NCBI GenBank assembly: GCA_963706955.1 | Contig: CAVPOC010000006.1 | Coordinates: 1 to 64,000 of the forward strand | Direction: 5' to 3' | Source: an uncultured Verrucomicrobiae bacterium | GTDB lineage: Bacteria > Verrucomicrobiota > Verrucomicrobiia > Chthoniobacterales > Terrimicrobiaceae | DNA: 64,000 nt | Shown: piece after piece, positions 20,599-31,362 of the stretch | Position numbering within the stretch: position 1 is the stretch's first letter | Layout: the number at the start of each line of letters is the position of its first letter | The notes under the pieces: generated by a model | What the model was told of the DNA's origin: nothing | The model's input: the letters and a program-made list of their open reading frames with translations, nothing else | The model's database searches: none | Program-made: the position numbers and the translations under genes

Positions 20599-22181
20599 GA
20601 GACCGACCCCATCGGGGGGGGCAAGGGCGGTTGCGAGGTGTCGCTGACGTTCCCCGTTTTTTGCGTCCCGCGTTCGAAGCGCAGAATGGCAGATCGTGAT
20701 TCGACGCCATCTGGGGCAACCGCAACAATGGGAATTTCGTAAACACCGTCCGGAAAGATGAAGTGATACCGAAAGGTGCCGTCCGGATTAAGAGTGATCG
20801 GCTTACCGTCAATCGTGACCTTCGCACGTGGATCGGTTCCCCCATAGAAGATCACCTCCGCGTTGACATGCATGAAGAAGCTGCGCGGAGCGCCAAAAGA
20901 ACTTACCCATTCAGAGGCGCTCGACCAGCTCGTGACGGCACTTTCTGCCCAGCTGGTAACTGCCCCCGAACCCAAGCTCGAGACGGCGGCCTGCGCCCAA
21001 CTGCTTTGCGCCCCCTGCAGCCAACTCGAGATCGCTCCCTGGGCCCAACTGCTTTCAGCGCCTTGCAGCCAGCTGGAAATGGCCGCTTGCGCCCAACTGC
21101 TTTCCCCGCCTTGCGCCCAACTGCTTTCAGCGCCTTGCAACCAGCTGGAAATGGCCGCCTGCGCCCAGCTGCCTTCGGCTCCCTTAAGCCAACTCGAGAG
21201 CGCCCCTGCACCCCAGCTCGACTGCGCTGTTTCGGACCAACTGCTGAGCGCTTCGCCGCTCCACCCGCCGGAGCTTTCGCCCGCGGACGCCCAGCTCGAC
21301 AGGACTGCGGCAGCCCAGCTTGACAGTTCCGAAGGGCTCCAGCTCGAGACGGTTTCACTGGAGATGGCGCCAAGCGCACCAAACAGGCTGCTCTCGATCG
21401 CCCGCCAGTGATCCCGAGGAAAAGAGCTGATTGAGTCTGGGCTGGTCAGCCGCTCTTCGAGATGCTGGCGAACGCGACTTTCGACCTCCTGAGAGCTAAG
21501 CCCGCCGCTGGCCATCTCCTCGAGAAATTTACGTCCCAGAAGGGCTTCCAGAACCAGCCGCTCTTCCAACGAGACGCCCGGCGCCGGGCTCGACCCGAAA
21601 AGCTTGCCCTCCATCTGAAGCCGCGAGAGAGCGGCAATCAGAGTCTCGCCGGACTTTACCGCCTCTTGTATCCTGTCCATCAGCTTCTGAAAGCTGAGGT
21701 GGAGAGGAATAGTCGCGTATTTGAATTGATCGGATTCCGAGAGCCGGTCACTCGGAGTTTCAATGGTGTAGGACCGCGCGATGACATTCCACACCGCGCC
21801 ACGGTTATAGCCGATCTCGACCGTATACTTCGAGCCGGCGTTCTTTACCGGAATATACCAATTGCGGGTTTCGAATGGGACCTCGATTTCGGCCTCAACG
21901 GTGCTTTCATTCTCATATACGCGCAGAAAGGTCTTCCCACCGGGATGCCGGGAAATATCTATATCCCAATACGTAAAAAGCCAATGAGGCTCCTGAGCGA
22001 CAAGAAATATGGTATCTGAGCCGTAACCCTGAGGCAGCTCTCCTAGTTGGTCGATATTGACCGGAGTTGTTTCAGGCGGCGGGGTCGGCGGAGGTCCTTC
22101 CGTTTCGCCTTGAGCCGCGGGTGTCTCGCGCAGTTTGAACCCAGTCTTTTTTTTGGTTCCCCCCCCATTTTTTCGGCTCAT
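20595..22181 (-). CDS. DUF4912-domain protein with Ser/Trp octad-repeat region and C-terminal Ig-like domain
   Basis: ELPQGYG..IFLVAQEPHWLFTYWD, RNWYI and the C-terminal NAEVIFYGGTDP.AKVTIDG..I.LNPDGTF, an architecture typical of DUF4912 proteins. Confidence 0.8.
   Translation of the reverse strand: MSRKNGGGTKKKTGFKLRETPAAQGETEGPPPTPPPETTPVNIDQLGELPQGYGSDTIFLVAQEPHWLFTYWDIDISRHPGGKTFLRVYENESTVEAEIEVPFETRNWYIPVKNAGSKYTVEIGYNRGAVWNVIARSYTIETPSDRLSESDQFKYATIPLHLSFQKLMDRIQEAVKSGETLIAALSRLQMEGKLFGSSPAPGVSLEERLVLEALLGRKFLEEMASGGLSSQEVESRVRQHLEERLTSPDSISSFPRDHWRAIESSLFGALGAISSETVSSWSPSELSSWAAAVLSSWASAGESSGGWSGEALSSWSETAQSSWGAGALSSWLKGAEGSWAQAAISSWLQGAESSWAQGGESSWAQAAISSWLQGAESSWAQGAISSWLQGAQSSWAQAAVSSLGSGAVTSWAESAVTSWSSASEWVSSFGAPRSFFMHVNAEVIFYGGTDPRAKVTIDGKPITLNPDGTFRYHFIFPDGVYEIPIVAVAPDGVESRSAILRFERGTQKTGNVSDTSQPPLPPPMGSVS
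20895..21350 (-). repeat. Intragenic degenerate 24-bp tandem repeat encoding (S/T)SWxxxxx
   Basis: About 18 consecutive 8-aa units, e.g. SSWAQAAI-SSWLQGAE-SSWAQGGE. Confidence 0.9.
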
Positions 22182-22296
22182 GATTGCTTGAATACTCCTT
22201 TGGGCAGATAAATCACACGACCTTATTGCTGGCAACGCTTTTTTCCCAGCGGTTCCTTAGTTGAAAATCCGTTTTGGCTTCGTAATTTCTGCGCAT

Positions 22297-23694
22297 ATGA
22301 AAATTAGGGTTTTTGCTACGGTTCTGGCCATGAGCATCGCGGGATCCGCGTTCGCACAGAATGCGGTGACGAGCAATGCGCTTGCGCACCAACTCAACGA
22401 TGCCTTCGCGGCAGTTTACGAGAAAGTGGCGCCAGCAGTGGTTATTGTTGAGGTCAAGCGTTCTTCGGATGTTTCGATGAGCGGCTTGCCAGAAGGTTTG
22501 GAGTTCTTCTTTCGAGGGCCCGATGGGGCGCCCTTGCAGACGAATCAAGGTTCAGGTTTCATCATCTCCTCAGACGGCTACATCCTGACAAACGACCACG
22601 TGGTCGGCGACAGTGCCAACGAGGGAATTAGCGTTCGCTTGAAGGATGGGCGCAAGTTTCCTGCGACGTTGGTCGGAATGGACGACAAGTCGGACCTTGC
22701 GGTGATCAAGATTGAGGCGCGGGATCTACCCACCGTGGAGTTGGGAGATAGTGATGCCGCGAAGGTCGGCCAGTTTGCCTTTGCCATCGGTGCCCCCTTT
22801 GAACTTCCCTACACGTTTACGGTAGGGGTTATTAGCGCCAAGGGACGCAACAATCTGACGAACAGCCGGTCCTACGAGGAATACATCCAGACAGACGCTT
22901 CCATCAATCCTGGCAACAGTGGAGGTCCGCTCTGCGACATTGAGGGCCGTGTTATCGGCGTAAACACTCTGATTTACAGGATGAATCGCGGGCTCGGATT
23001 CGCCATTCCGATCAACCTCGCACGTGAAGTTGGCGAGCAGTTGATCACGAACGGCCGAGTCTCCAGATCCTGGCTCGGCATTGAGATCGTGGGCATTGAG
23101 GAAAACGAAGCGTTGCAAAATTACTTTCCCGATTTGAAGAAGGGAGTTGTTGTTAATGGCATCCAACCTGGAACCCCAGCGGCGAGCAGCGATCTTCGCG
23201 CCGGGGACGTCATTTTGAAAGTTGACAACGTTCCGGTCTCATTCTCGCGCGACGTTCAACGCGAAATTCTTGGCAAGAAGGTGGGTCAAAGCGTGACACT
23301 CGAATTGTGGCGAAACGGCAAGGTGTCATCGCTGACGGTGAAGACCGGCGAGCAGCCTGATCGGATGATGCGCGCTTCAAATCGTCCGGTGCCTGCCGAG
23401 CCACCGTCGAGGTCACCTCAACCACCGTCAGCACCGGCGAATTTCGGCTTGGTCGTCGAGGACTTACCGCCCGCATCGTCGGTAGGAGGAGTCCAAGTTA
23501 CCGATATTGCCCCTGGCAGCGCTGCCGATGCGGCCGGGCTCCTGCGTGGTGACGTGATTACGGAAGTGGCGGGCAAACCGGTGAAAGGCACAGGGGAGTT
23601 CGATGCAGCCATCGCCCGCGCTGATTTAAGCCGCGGCGTGATGTTGCTTATCGATCGCGCGGGGCAGCGAACCTTCGCCATCCTTAAGCCTTAA
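22297..23694 (+). CDS. HtrA/DegP-family periplasmic serine protease with two PDZ domains
   Basis: Signal peptide (AFA), GSGFII, TNDHVV, SDLAVIK and TDASINPGNSGGPL. Confidence 0.95.
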   Translation: MKIRVFATVLAMSIAGSAFAQNAVTSNALAHQLNDAFAAVYEKVAPAVVIVEVKRSSDVSMSGLPEGLEFFFRGPDGAPLQTNQGSGFIISSDGYILTNDHVVGDSANEGISVRLKDGRKFPATLVGMDDKSDLAVIKIEARDLPTVELGDSDAAKVGQFAFAIGAPFELPYTFTVGVISAKGRNNLTNSRSYEEYIQTDASINPGNSGGPLCDIEGRVIGVNTLIYRMNRGLGFAIPINLAREVGEQLITNGRVSRSWLGIEIVGIEENEALQNYFPDLKKGVVVNGIQPGTPAASSDLRAGDVILKVDNVPVSFSRDVQREILGKKVGQSVTLELWRNGKVSSLTVKTGEQPDRMMRASNRPVPAEPPSRSPQPPSAPANFGLVVEDLPPASSVGGVQVTDIAPGSAADAAGLLRGDVITEVAGKPVKGTGEFDAAIARADLSRGVMLLIDRAGQRTFAILKP

Positions 23695-23711
23695 GAGGAG
23701 GCGCTCTTAAG
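23690..23711 (+). terminator. Hairpin at the end of the HtrA gene (possible terminator)
   Basis: CTTAAGAG-GAGGCG-CTCTTAAG is a perfect 8-bp stem, but there is no clear U-tract. Confidence 0.3.
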
Positions 23712-24009
23712 TGGGAGTTTTCGCGGTGCTCGGCCTGTAATATCTGCCGAGCACCGCAGCACGATTGCGGGAGGGGCTAGTTCCGGAGATTCACCGAGCA
23801 ATCCTCGGAAGGGAACAACCCAGCTTTTCGGAAACGATTTGGTGCGGGATGTCAAACGGGCGCTACCGGGACGCTCGTCCGAGGCGTGCAAGGCGGCCGC
23901 GAAATGATCCGCGCTTCTTTGCGCCTCTCCCAGCGTATTTTTCGCAAGTTTTTACTCGGAAAACCTCGGAAAATCTGTATCGAACGGCGGGATAGTATCC
24001 GTTCGTTTC

Positions 24010-24648
24010 ATGCAGCGTCTCATCTCCCAAATAGGCCGCAGCCAACGGCTCTCGATCGTGAACTTGCTCAAACGAAGTCAGGGGCTGACGGTGCGCGAAA
24101 TGGCCGATCGGCTTGGGATGAGTTACATGGGTGTAAAGCAGCATTGCTTGAATCTGCAGCGCGATGGATATCTTGGGACGTTCCGTAGGCATCGCGGCGT
24201 GGGTCGGCCAGAGTTGCTCTACAATCTCACCGCCAAGGCACAGGATTTGTTCCCCCAAGCGGACAATCTCCTCTCGATCTCCTTACTCGAACAGGCACGG
24301 AAGCTCTACGGCGGAACCGCTGCCGAAAAAATTCTCTTTCTTCATTTTCAGGAGAAGGCGAAGAGCTACACCCAGAAGCTACAAGGGGAGACGATTTCGG
24401 ATCGCGCAAAATCTCTGGCTCGGCTGCGGGACCGCGAAGGACACATGTCCGACTTCGAGGCGGACCCCGCCCCTCGCATTGTCGAGCGCCATCATCCGAT
24501 GCACGCGCTCTTCGAGGCGTTCCCAGAAGCGGCATCTATGGAACGCGATCTCTTTCAGCGCGTGCTCGGGGTGCCGATCCGGCGTGAGCAGCGTCAGGCT
24601 GGAGGAAGCTACGAGTACGTGTTTTTGTTGATTGGCGCCGCCGCCTGA
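24010..24648 (+). CDS. Winged-HTH transcriptional regulator, SufR-like
   Basis: LTVREMADRLGMSYMGVKQH..L.RDG, GVGRPELLY.LT and FPQ. Confidence 0.8.
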   Translation: MQRLISQIGRSQRLSIVNLLKRSQGLTVREMADRLGMSYMGVKQHCLNLQRDGYLGTFRRHRGVGRPELLYNLTAKAQDLFPQADNLLSISLLEQARKLYGGTAAEKILFLHFQEKAKSYTQKLQGETISDRAKSLARLRDREGHMSDFEADPAPRIVERHHPMHALFEAFPEAASMERDLFQRVLGVPIRREQRQAGGSYEYVFLLIGAAA

Positions 24649-25108
24649 GGTGTTTCCTGCTGCTACTCGATGCTGAGGTAGCAATCCTTTGCGGCACAAA
24701 CCGGCCTGGCGGAAATACTGCCAAGCTAGTCGATCGCATCGAGCGACCTACCGCGCGCTCGGTCAGCCAACTCAATCGTCGGCCTGTCCGCGCTTCCTTC
24801 CCGGAAGGCGTTTGCTTTTCGGGCATCGGAACACTGTCTCACCCCGAAGACGGATTGACCGCAGTCGGATTCTAATTCGACTCCCCGGACAGGCGGAGAG
24901 ACTGTTTGCTACATAAGAGTTGAAAAGGGTATGCGGGGACCTCGCCGCGGGTGGGCCGTGTCTTCTGTGAGCGCCTTCGACTTCCGCATCAGGTTTACGC
25001 TCAAGCGGGCGGAGTAATCGGTCTGCAATCGTGAAAAATGTCGCACCCGCGGCTCTAGTCTTGCCAAGCCTGGGTTAAGACGCTTCTTTCGCTCGCACCT
25101 TCACTGAT

Positions 25109-27094
25109 ATGAGTCTTGATGTTCCTGCACTCGAATTGGCCGCTCGCGACGCGCGCGGACTGGCAATGGATGCCGTGGCGAAAGCGAAATCGGGCCACCT
25201 CGGTCTACCTTTGGGAGCCACCGAGATCGGTGCGGTTCTCTACGGGCATGCCTTGAAACACAATCCCGACGATCCGCGCTGGGTCAACCGTGACCGGTTC
25301 GTTCTTTCGGCCGGCCATGGCAGCATGTTCCTTTACGGCTGGTTGCATCTTTCCGGCTATGCTTTGTCGATCGACGAGTTGAGGAACTTCCGGCAACTCC
25401 ACAGCATTACGCCCGGACACCCGGAATTTCATGAAACACCCGGAGTCGAAGCAACCACTGGTCCTCTCGGCCAGGGTGTGTCGAACGCCGTCGGCTATGC
25501 TATTTCTTCCAAAATGTGCGAAGCCCGTTTCAATACTCCCGAGCACAAGATCTTCGACCACCATATCGTCTGCCTGGCGGGGGACGGGTGTCTGCAGGAG
25601 GGCATCTCACAAGAAGCATCAGCCCTTGCCGCGCATCTTGGCTTGGACAATCTGATCATGTTTTACGATTCGAACAACGTGACGCTAGATGCCTTGGCGC
25701 CGGTGACGCAAAGCGAGGATACTGCGGCGCGCTTTGCAGCTTACGGATGGGACGTTTATTCCATCGACGCACACGATCTTCACGAAGTCCTCAGCGTGTT
25801 CGAGAAAGCGAAAGCGGCCACGAGCGGCAAACCGCAGTTCATTGTCGCAAAGACGCTCATCGGGAAAGGCATTCCAGAAATTTCCGGCACCAACAAGGCT
25901 CACGGCGAGGCTGGCGTAAAGTTTGTCGAGGCCTCTCGCAAAGCCATGGGCCTGCCGGATGAGAAATTCTATATCTCGCCCGAGACACAGTCGTACTTCG
26001 CGGGACACAAGGAAAAATTAAAGGCCGCTTATGAGGAATGGAAATCCAGCTTTGAAGCATGGAAGAAGGCGAATGGAGATCTGGCGGCGGAACTCGAAGC
26101 GGTGCTTTCGGGCACGACTCCCGATCTGCTCAGTGTGATCCCGAACTTTGATCCGGCGGCCAATATTGCGACGCGCAAGGCCGGTAGCGAGGTGCTGCAG
26201 CCGGTTGCTCAAGCGATGCCGCTCGTCATCTCCGGCAGCGCCGACCTCCATGGGTCGACGCTCAACTACATAAAAGACGGCGGGGATTTCAATGCGAAGA
26301 ATCGAGGTGGGCGCAACTTGTTCTTCGGCATACGCGAGCATGCCATGTGTGGCATTCTCAACGGGCTTGCCTACGATGGTATCTTTCGGCCCAGCGGAGC
26401 GACCTTCCTGGTATTTAGCGATTACGGTCGGCCGTCGATCCGACTGGCTGCTATTTCCAGGCTTCCCGTCGTCTACATTTTCACCCATGACTCGGTCGGT
26501 GTCGGCGAAGATGGCCCGACCCATGAGCCCGTGGAGACTGTCGCCGCATTGCGGGCAATTCCGGGACTCGATGTGATCCGGCCGGCGGATCCCGAGGAGA
26601 CAGCGGGCGCCTTTGCGGCTGCCTTCCAAAAAGCCGACGGACCAACGCTGCTGGCGCTCACCCGCCAAAACCTGCCGACCTTGAACGAAATACCGGTCGA
26701 AACGCGACGAGAGGGCGTTTGCAAAGGCGGTTATGTCGCAAGAAAAGAGACAGCCGCCTTGGACACCATCTTGCTTGCCAGTGGAAGCGAACTCCAGCAT
26801 GCCTTGAAGGCAGCGGAGGAGCTTGGTCCTGGCACGAGGGTCGTTTCTGTGCCTTGCTTCGAGCGGTTTGAACGGCAGGACGCCGCCTATAAAGAGAGCG
26901 TGCTTCCCGATGCGATCCGGCGCCGAGTCTCAATTGAAGCCGGTGTTTCCGATCCCTGGTTTCGCTACGTGGGTCTTGATGGCAAGACTGTTTCCATCGA
27001 TCGCTTTGGCATGAGCGCACCCGGCGCGAAAGTCATGGAAGCGCTCGGCATGACTCCAGCGAAGGTGGTTGAAGCTGCGCGAGCACTCGCTTAG
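25109..27094 (+). CDS. tkt: Transketolase
   Basis: [45 protein letters not shown] and [14 protein letters not shown]. Confidence 0.97.
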   Translation: MSLDVPALELAARDARGLAMDAVAKAKSGHLGLPLGATEIGAVLYGHALKHNPDDPRWVNRDRFVLSAGHGSMFLYGWLHLSGYALSIDELRNFRQLHSITPGHPEFHETPGVEATTGPLGQGVSNAVGYAISSKMCEARFNTPEHKIFDHHIVCLAGDGCLQEGISQEASALAAHLGLDNLIMFYDSNNVTLDALAPVTQSEDTAARFAAYGWDVYSIDAHDLHEVLSVFEKAKAATSGKPQFIVAKTLIGKGIPEISGTNKAHGEAGVKFVEASRKAMGLPDEKFYISPETQSYFAGHKEKLKAAYEEWKSSFEAWKKANGDLAAELEAVLSGTTPDLLSVIPNFDPAANIATRKAGSEVLQPVAQAMPLVISGSADLHGSTLNYIKDGGDFNAKNRGGRNLFFGIREHAMCGILNGLAYDGIFRPSGATFLVFSDYGRPSIRLAAISRLPVVYIFTHDSVGVGEDGPTHEPVETVAALRAIPGLDVIRPADPEETAGAFAAAFQKADGPTLLALTRQNLPTLNEIPVETRREGVCKGGYVARKETAALDTILLASGSELQHALKAAEELGPGTRVVSVPCFERFERQDAAYKESVLPDAIRRRVSIEAGVSDPWFRYVGLDGKTVSIDRFGMSAPGAKVMEALGMTPAKVVEAARALA

Positions 27095-27247
27095 TGCAAT
27101 TCTCAAAAGCACTTCTCAAAAAAAAATCGGTCGAGCGCCAATTACAATAAGCGGCGATCATTGTAACGCGCGACAGTCGTTTACGCACACGCGGGACAGC
27201 CGCTCTGGAATTCGACCTGCAGCGATGTAGGGTGATCGCGCGCGGTC

Positions 27248-28165
27248 TTGGAAAATCCCTGGTTTACTTTCAGTCTCCCTGATTTCTCCTATGCATTCCT
27301 AAGCGTTTTGCTTGAGGGGGTGCCATTTATTTTGATTGGCACTCTCTTATCGGGAATCATTGACGAATTCCTTCCTTCCCGCGTGATGGTGCGCTTTCTT
27401 CCCAGAAACGCCTTCTTTGGAATTTGTCTTAGTGGAGCAATGGGTCTGGTGTTCCCCATGTGCGAATGCGGAGTAGTCCCAGTGGTTCGCCGACTTATCA
27501 ACAAGGGCCTACCTGTATCCAATGCAGTCGCATACATGCTGGGCGCGCCGATTGTAAATCTAATCGTTCTGGTTAGCACCTATGTCGCCTTTCGCGGACA
27601 GAATCCGATGGAGTTTACGCTCTTGCGTCTCGGCGTCGGTTATCTCGTTGCAGTGATAGTGGCGCTAGCTGTCCATCACCTCCCGCAGCATTTGCTTTTG
27701 CGCCGCGGCGTCCTCTCGAAGGTCGCGACTCCGAACACCGGAATCGGGACCGAGCGCTTGCCGGTTCGGGCTGGCAATGCGTTGCGCGTCGCGGTGGCCG
27801 ATTTTCTCGACGTGATGGTGTTCTTTATCCTCGGCGTGATGGTGTCGGCGCTGTTCAGCACATCGCTCAATCAGGAGTTGATCATGCCGCTGGCGCTCAA
27901 TGACTGGGTGGCAACCTTTTCGCTGATGGTGTTTGCTGCGATCCTTTCCCTCTGCAGTACTTCCGACGCGTTTATTGCCGCCACATTGATCTCATTCCCA
28001 GCGGTCGCGAAGCTCGCTTTTCTGGTCTTTGGCCCAATGTTTGATCTGAAACTTCTCTTCATTTACGGCGTCGTCTTTCGAAAGCGGTTTGTCGCTGGCT
28101 TGGGTGCTAGCCTTTTTCTCTTGATCGGAATGATTTGCGTGCGATTGAGAATCTTTGGACTATGA
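27248..28165 (+). CDS. Predicted permease (DUF318/UPF0718)
   Basis: EGVPFILIG, PMCECGVVP, SLCSTSDAF and FGPMFDLK; TTG start. Confidence 0.85.
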   Translation: MENPWFTFSLPDFSYAFLSVLLEGVPFILIGTLLSGIIDEFLPSRVMVRFLPRNAFFGICLSGAMGLVFPMCECGVVPVVRRLINKGLPVSNAVAYMLGAPIVNLIVLVSTYVAFRGQNPMEFTLLRLGVGYLVAVIVALAVHHLPQHLLLRRGVLSKVATPNTGIGTERLPVRAGNALRVAVADFLDVMVFFILGVMVSALFSTSLNQELIMPLALNDWVATFSLMVFAAILSLCSTSDAFIAATLISFPAVAKLAFLVFGPMFDLKLLFIYGVVFRKRFVAGLGASLFLLIGMICVRLRIFGL

Positions 28166-28986
28166 CAGGATCGCTCCAGCGCTTTTTCTCCGCCGGAGTG
28201 CTTACCATCTGGGGGATCACGCTCGGTTACTTCGTGATTTCTGGGCGCCTCGCATCCTATCTTCATCCCTCATTCCATGTGTGGACAGCCGTCAGTGCCG
28301 TAGTGCTTGTGCTCCTTGCCGCAGGTTTGCTTTTCCTTCCCGAACAAAGCCATCACGATTGTGAGTCGTGCTGCGATCACATGCACGATCAGCCGAGGCC
28401 CGTAAAAAGTGGCGTTACTGCGGCGGTTCTCGTCCTGCCGATCGTCTTGGCTGCGACGATCTCACCCGACCAGTTCGGCGCGGTTACGGTCAGCAACCGG
28501 GGCTACATCGGGAGCATCAGCGATCTTCCAAGCTACCAGCCGTATATTGAGCCGGCGCTGCCAGAATCGGAGGAATCACCGCCCATGGGCAATGAGGGCG
28601 ATGGCAGCTACATTTCAAAAAATGCGGCCGGCCAGATCAAGGCGCAAACGATCGATCTGCTCTACGCGGCTGAAGAACCCACCATGCGCTTGGATTTCGA
28701 GGGCAAAGAAGTGGAAGTGATCGGCCAGTTCATGCCAGCGCGTGAAAACAACACTCAAAAAGATCGCTTTAATCTGGTGCGCATGTTTATCATCTGTTGC
28801 GCTGCCGATGCACGACCTGTCGCGATTACGGTTCAAACGGACCAGCCTCATGGGGTCCCGGAGATGAGCTGGATAAGAGTCACCGGGAGAGCATCTTTTC
28901 CGATTGAAAGCGGACGCAGAGTTCCCCTCTTGGTCGCAAACAGCGTTGCTCCGTGCGACCCGCCAGAAGAAACATTCATTTACTGA
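28162..28986 (+). CDS. TIGR03943/DUF1980-family permease partner
   Basis: YLHP, a His/Cys-rich loop (HHDCESCCDHMHD), GKEVEVIGQ and RMFIICCAADA; coupled to the DUF318 gene. Confidence 0.8.
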   Translation: MTGSLQRFFSAGVLTIWGITLGYFVISGRLASYLHPSFHVWTAVSAVVLVLLAAGLLFLPEQSHHDCESCCDHMHDQPRPVKSGVTAAVLVLPIVLAATISPDQFGAVTVSNRGYIGSISDLPSYQPYIEPALPESEESPPMGNEGDGSYISKNAAGQIKAQTIDLLYAAEEPTMRLDFEGKEVEVIGQFMPARENNTQKDRFNLVRMFIICCAADARPVAITVQTDQPHGVPEMSWIRVTGRASFPIESGRRVPLLVANSVAPCDPPEETFIY

Positions 28987-30125
28987 TGAGAAAGCGATTG
29001 CTGCTTACCACTGTGCTGCTGCCGCTGTCCCTGGCCGCCGACGATTTTCGCGGCGCCTGGATCGCCAGCGTTCACAATATTAACTTTCCTTCCACCCAGG
29101 GATTATCGGGGGATGGCCAAAAGGCGCAGATCATTCGGCTTCTTGACGCCGCGAAGCGGTGCCGCCTGAACGCACTGATGGTGCAGGTGCGACCCGAAAG
29201 TGACGCGCTCTATCCCTCGCGCATTGAGCCTTGGAGTCGGTATCTAAGCGGAACTCAGGGGGTCTCGCCCGGCTATGACCCACTCGCTTTCTTTATCAGT
29301 GAGGCGAAAAACCGCGGGATCGAAGTGCACGCATGGCTTAATCCCTATCGCGGCGCGGCAAACGCCTCGCTGCCCAGAGCCGCCAACCATATCAGCAGGC
29401 GATATCCGCAGTATGCTTACCGGATCGGCACCGTTCTGTGGATGGATCCCGGTGCGCCGGCTGTGCAGGAAAACATTGTCAATGTCGTCCATGAGTTGGT
29501 CGAACGCTACGACATCGCCGGCATCCATTTCGACGACTACTTCTATCCGTATCCGACCGACAAAGGCCATGCTTATCCATTCCCCGACGATGCCACGTAT
29601 GCAGCTTATCGGGCGCGGGGCGGCACGCTCTCAAAAGCCGATTGGCGGAGGGACAACGTTAACACGCTCATTCGCCGAGTTGCCCAGGTGGTCCACTCGC
29701 AGCGAGCCGGTCTTAAGTTCGGGATCAGTCCATTCGGCATCTATATGCCAGGCGTTCCGGCGGGCATTCAGGCGGGTGTGAACCAATACGAACAACTCTA
29801 TGGGGATCCGGTCAGATGGATGCGCGAAGGGTGGATCGATTACCTCGCGCCGCAATTGTATTGGCGCGATGGCGGCCCACAGAGCTTTTCCTCGCTGCTT
29901 CGCTGGTGGCGCAGCCCTCAAGCAAACCCGCGGGGTGTGCCGGTTTGGCCGGGTATCGCCTTAGATCGTCTCAGCTCGCATGGATGGCCTTCCAGCGAGA
30001 TCGCCCGCCAGTTGCAGGTGGAGAAATCGGTGGGATCTCGGTTGAGGGGAGGCGTTATCTTTTGGAACATCAAAGCGCTCCTCAATAACACCAAGAGTGT
30101 GAATGTTGTTGTCGCCGGCAGTTGA
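28986..30125 (+). CDS. Glycosyl hydrolase-like 10 (DUF187/YddW-like) secreted protein
   Basis: FRGAWIASV.NI.FPS, QVRPESDALY, EVHAWLNPYR, GIHFDDYFYPYP, FGISPFG and DYLAPQLYW. Confidence 0.9.
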   Translation: MRKRLLLTTVLLPLSLAADDFRGAWIASVHNINFPSTQGLSGDGQKAQIIRLLDAAKRCRLNALMVQVRPESDALYPSRIEPWSRYLSGTQGVSPGYDPLAFFISEAKNRGIEVHAWLNPYRGAANASLPRAANHISRRYPQYAYRIGTVLWMDPGAPAVQENIVNVVHELVERYDIAGIHFDDYFYPYPTDKGHAYPFPDDATYAAYRARGGTLSKADWRRDNVNTLIRRVAQVVHSQRAGLKFGISPFGIYMPGVPAGIQAGVNQYEQLYGDPVRWMREGWIDYLAPQLYWRDGGPQSFSSLLRWWRSPQANPRGVPVWPGIALDRLSSHGWPSSEIARQLQVEKSVGSRLRGGVIFWNIKALLNNTKSVNVVVAGS

Positions 30126-31210
30126 TGCGTTTGCTGATCGCTTTGTGCCTCCTCGCCACCAACGTTCAAGCTGATTGGCGCTTGGCGTTGCCCGGGTGGA
30201 ACTATCAATTTCCGACAGACCACGAAAACCATCCGGAGTTCAAAACCGAGTGGTGGTATTTCACCGGCAACCTCAGTTCGGCTGACGGTCTTCATTTTGG
30301 TTATCAGCTGACGTTCTTTCGCCAGGGAGTGCTGCCCCTGGATTCTGATGTAATTCCTCTTTCGCGTTTCGTGACCAGCAGCGTGAAATTCGCGCACTTT
30401 GCCGTGAGCGACCTCTCCACCGGCGCTTTTCATTTCTTTCAAAAACTATCTCGAGGTGCATATGGCGAGGCGGGATTTGGGAGGCGACCTCGATTGGCGT
30501 GGATAGAAGACTGGTCGTGCGAGCTCGCGGATAATGGCACCTTCACCATCAAGGCGAATGCTGGTGATCTTTCCCTCCAGCTTGCTCTGACACCTGCAAA
30601 AGCCGTTGTAATTCACGGACGCGATGGGATCAGCCGGAAGGCCGAGGGTGTTGGAAGAGCCTCGCACTACTACTCCTTCACCCGGCTTTCGAGCGAGGGC
30701 GTGCTGCGAATCGGCGACCGCGAGATCCCGGTTACCGGCTTGAGTTGGTTCGACCGCGAGTGGTCCAGCAACCAACTTGCTGGCAACCAAGCTGGTTGGG
30801 ACTGGTTTAGTTTGCAGTTCGATGACGGCAGCGACTTGATGCTCTACCAAATTCGGACCAAAGATGGCGGCCGCGATCCCAATTCCTCAGGAACTTTTGT
30901 TGATCCCCAAGGCGTGGCCATTCCGCTGGAAGGATCCGAGTTCACCCTTGAACCGATTGATACTTGGATAAGCCCGCAATCCCACGGACGCTACCCGATA
31001 GCGTGGAGGATCACCATTCCACGCTTGAATATGCGCCTCGATGTAAGCGCCGCTCTCAACAACCAAGAACTGGTCCTCAAACCGATCACTTACTGGGAAG
31101 GTGCTATTCGCGCGCAGGGCACCGGCGGCGACAAGCAAATTGCCGGATCCGGCTACCTTGAGATGACCGGATATGCGGGGCCGGTGGCAGGGATTCAAGC
31201 CGAGCCTTAG
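30125..31210 (+). CDS. AttH/CrtC-like lipocalin-fold secreted protein
   Basis: FPTDH.NHP.FKTEWWYFTG, ASHYYSF, WFDREWS, GWDWF, YWEG and GYLEMTGY. Confidence 0.85.
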   Translation: MRLLIALCLLATNVQADWRLALPGWNYQFPTDHENHPEFKTEWWYFTGNLSSADGLHFGYQLTFFRQGVLPLDSDVIPLSRFVTSSVKFAHFAVSDLSTGAFHFFQKLSRGAYGEAGFGRRPRLAWIEDWSCELADNGTFTIKANAGDLSLQLALTPAKAVVIHGRDGISRKAEGVGRASHYYSFTRLSSEGVLRIGDREIPVTGLSWFDREWSSNQLAGNQAGWDWFSLQFDDGSDLMLYQIRTKDGGRDPNSSGTFVDPQGVAIPLEGSEFTLEPIDTWISPQSHGRYPIAWRITIPRLNMRLDVSAALNNQELVLKPITYWEGAIRAQGTGGDKQIAGSGYLEMTGYAGPVAGIQAEP

Positions 31211-31362
31211 CTCCCGTTCCATGAAGTGATGGTCGCTGCTGCGCGGACCATGCTTCGAAGAAATCGATGTTTCTTGCGAGCGGTGGATGTTGAACTAGCC
31301 TGTGGATCCATGAGCGCCAGATTGGTTACTCGACCGCTGGAGCTCTGCGGAAGCGATCGGAA

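Noticed and set aside
20863..21411. Plus-strand ORF with APCxQL repeats (Cys-rich, RiPP-like appearance)
   Set aside because: It is the antisense shadow of the SSW repeat within the DUF4912 gene, which has recognisable flanking domains.
24649..25108. Riboswitch or ncRNA upstream of tkt
   Set aside because: No recognisable conserved RNA motif by eye; an Rfam search would be needed.
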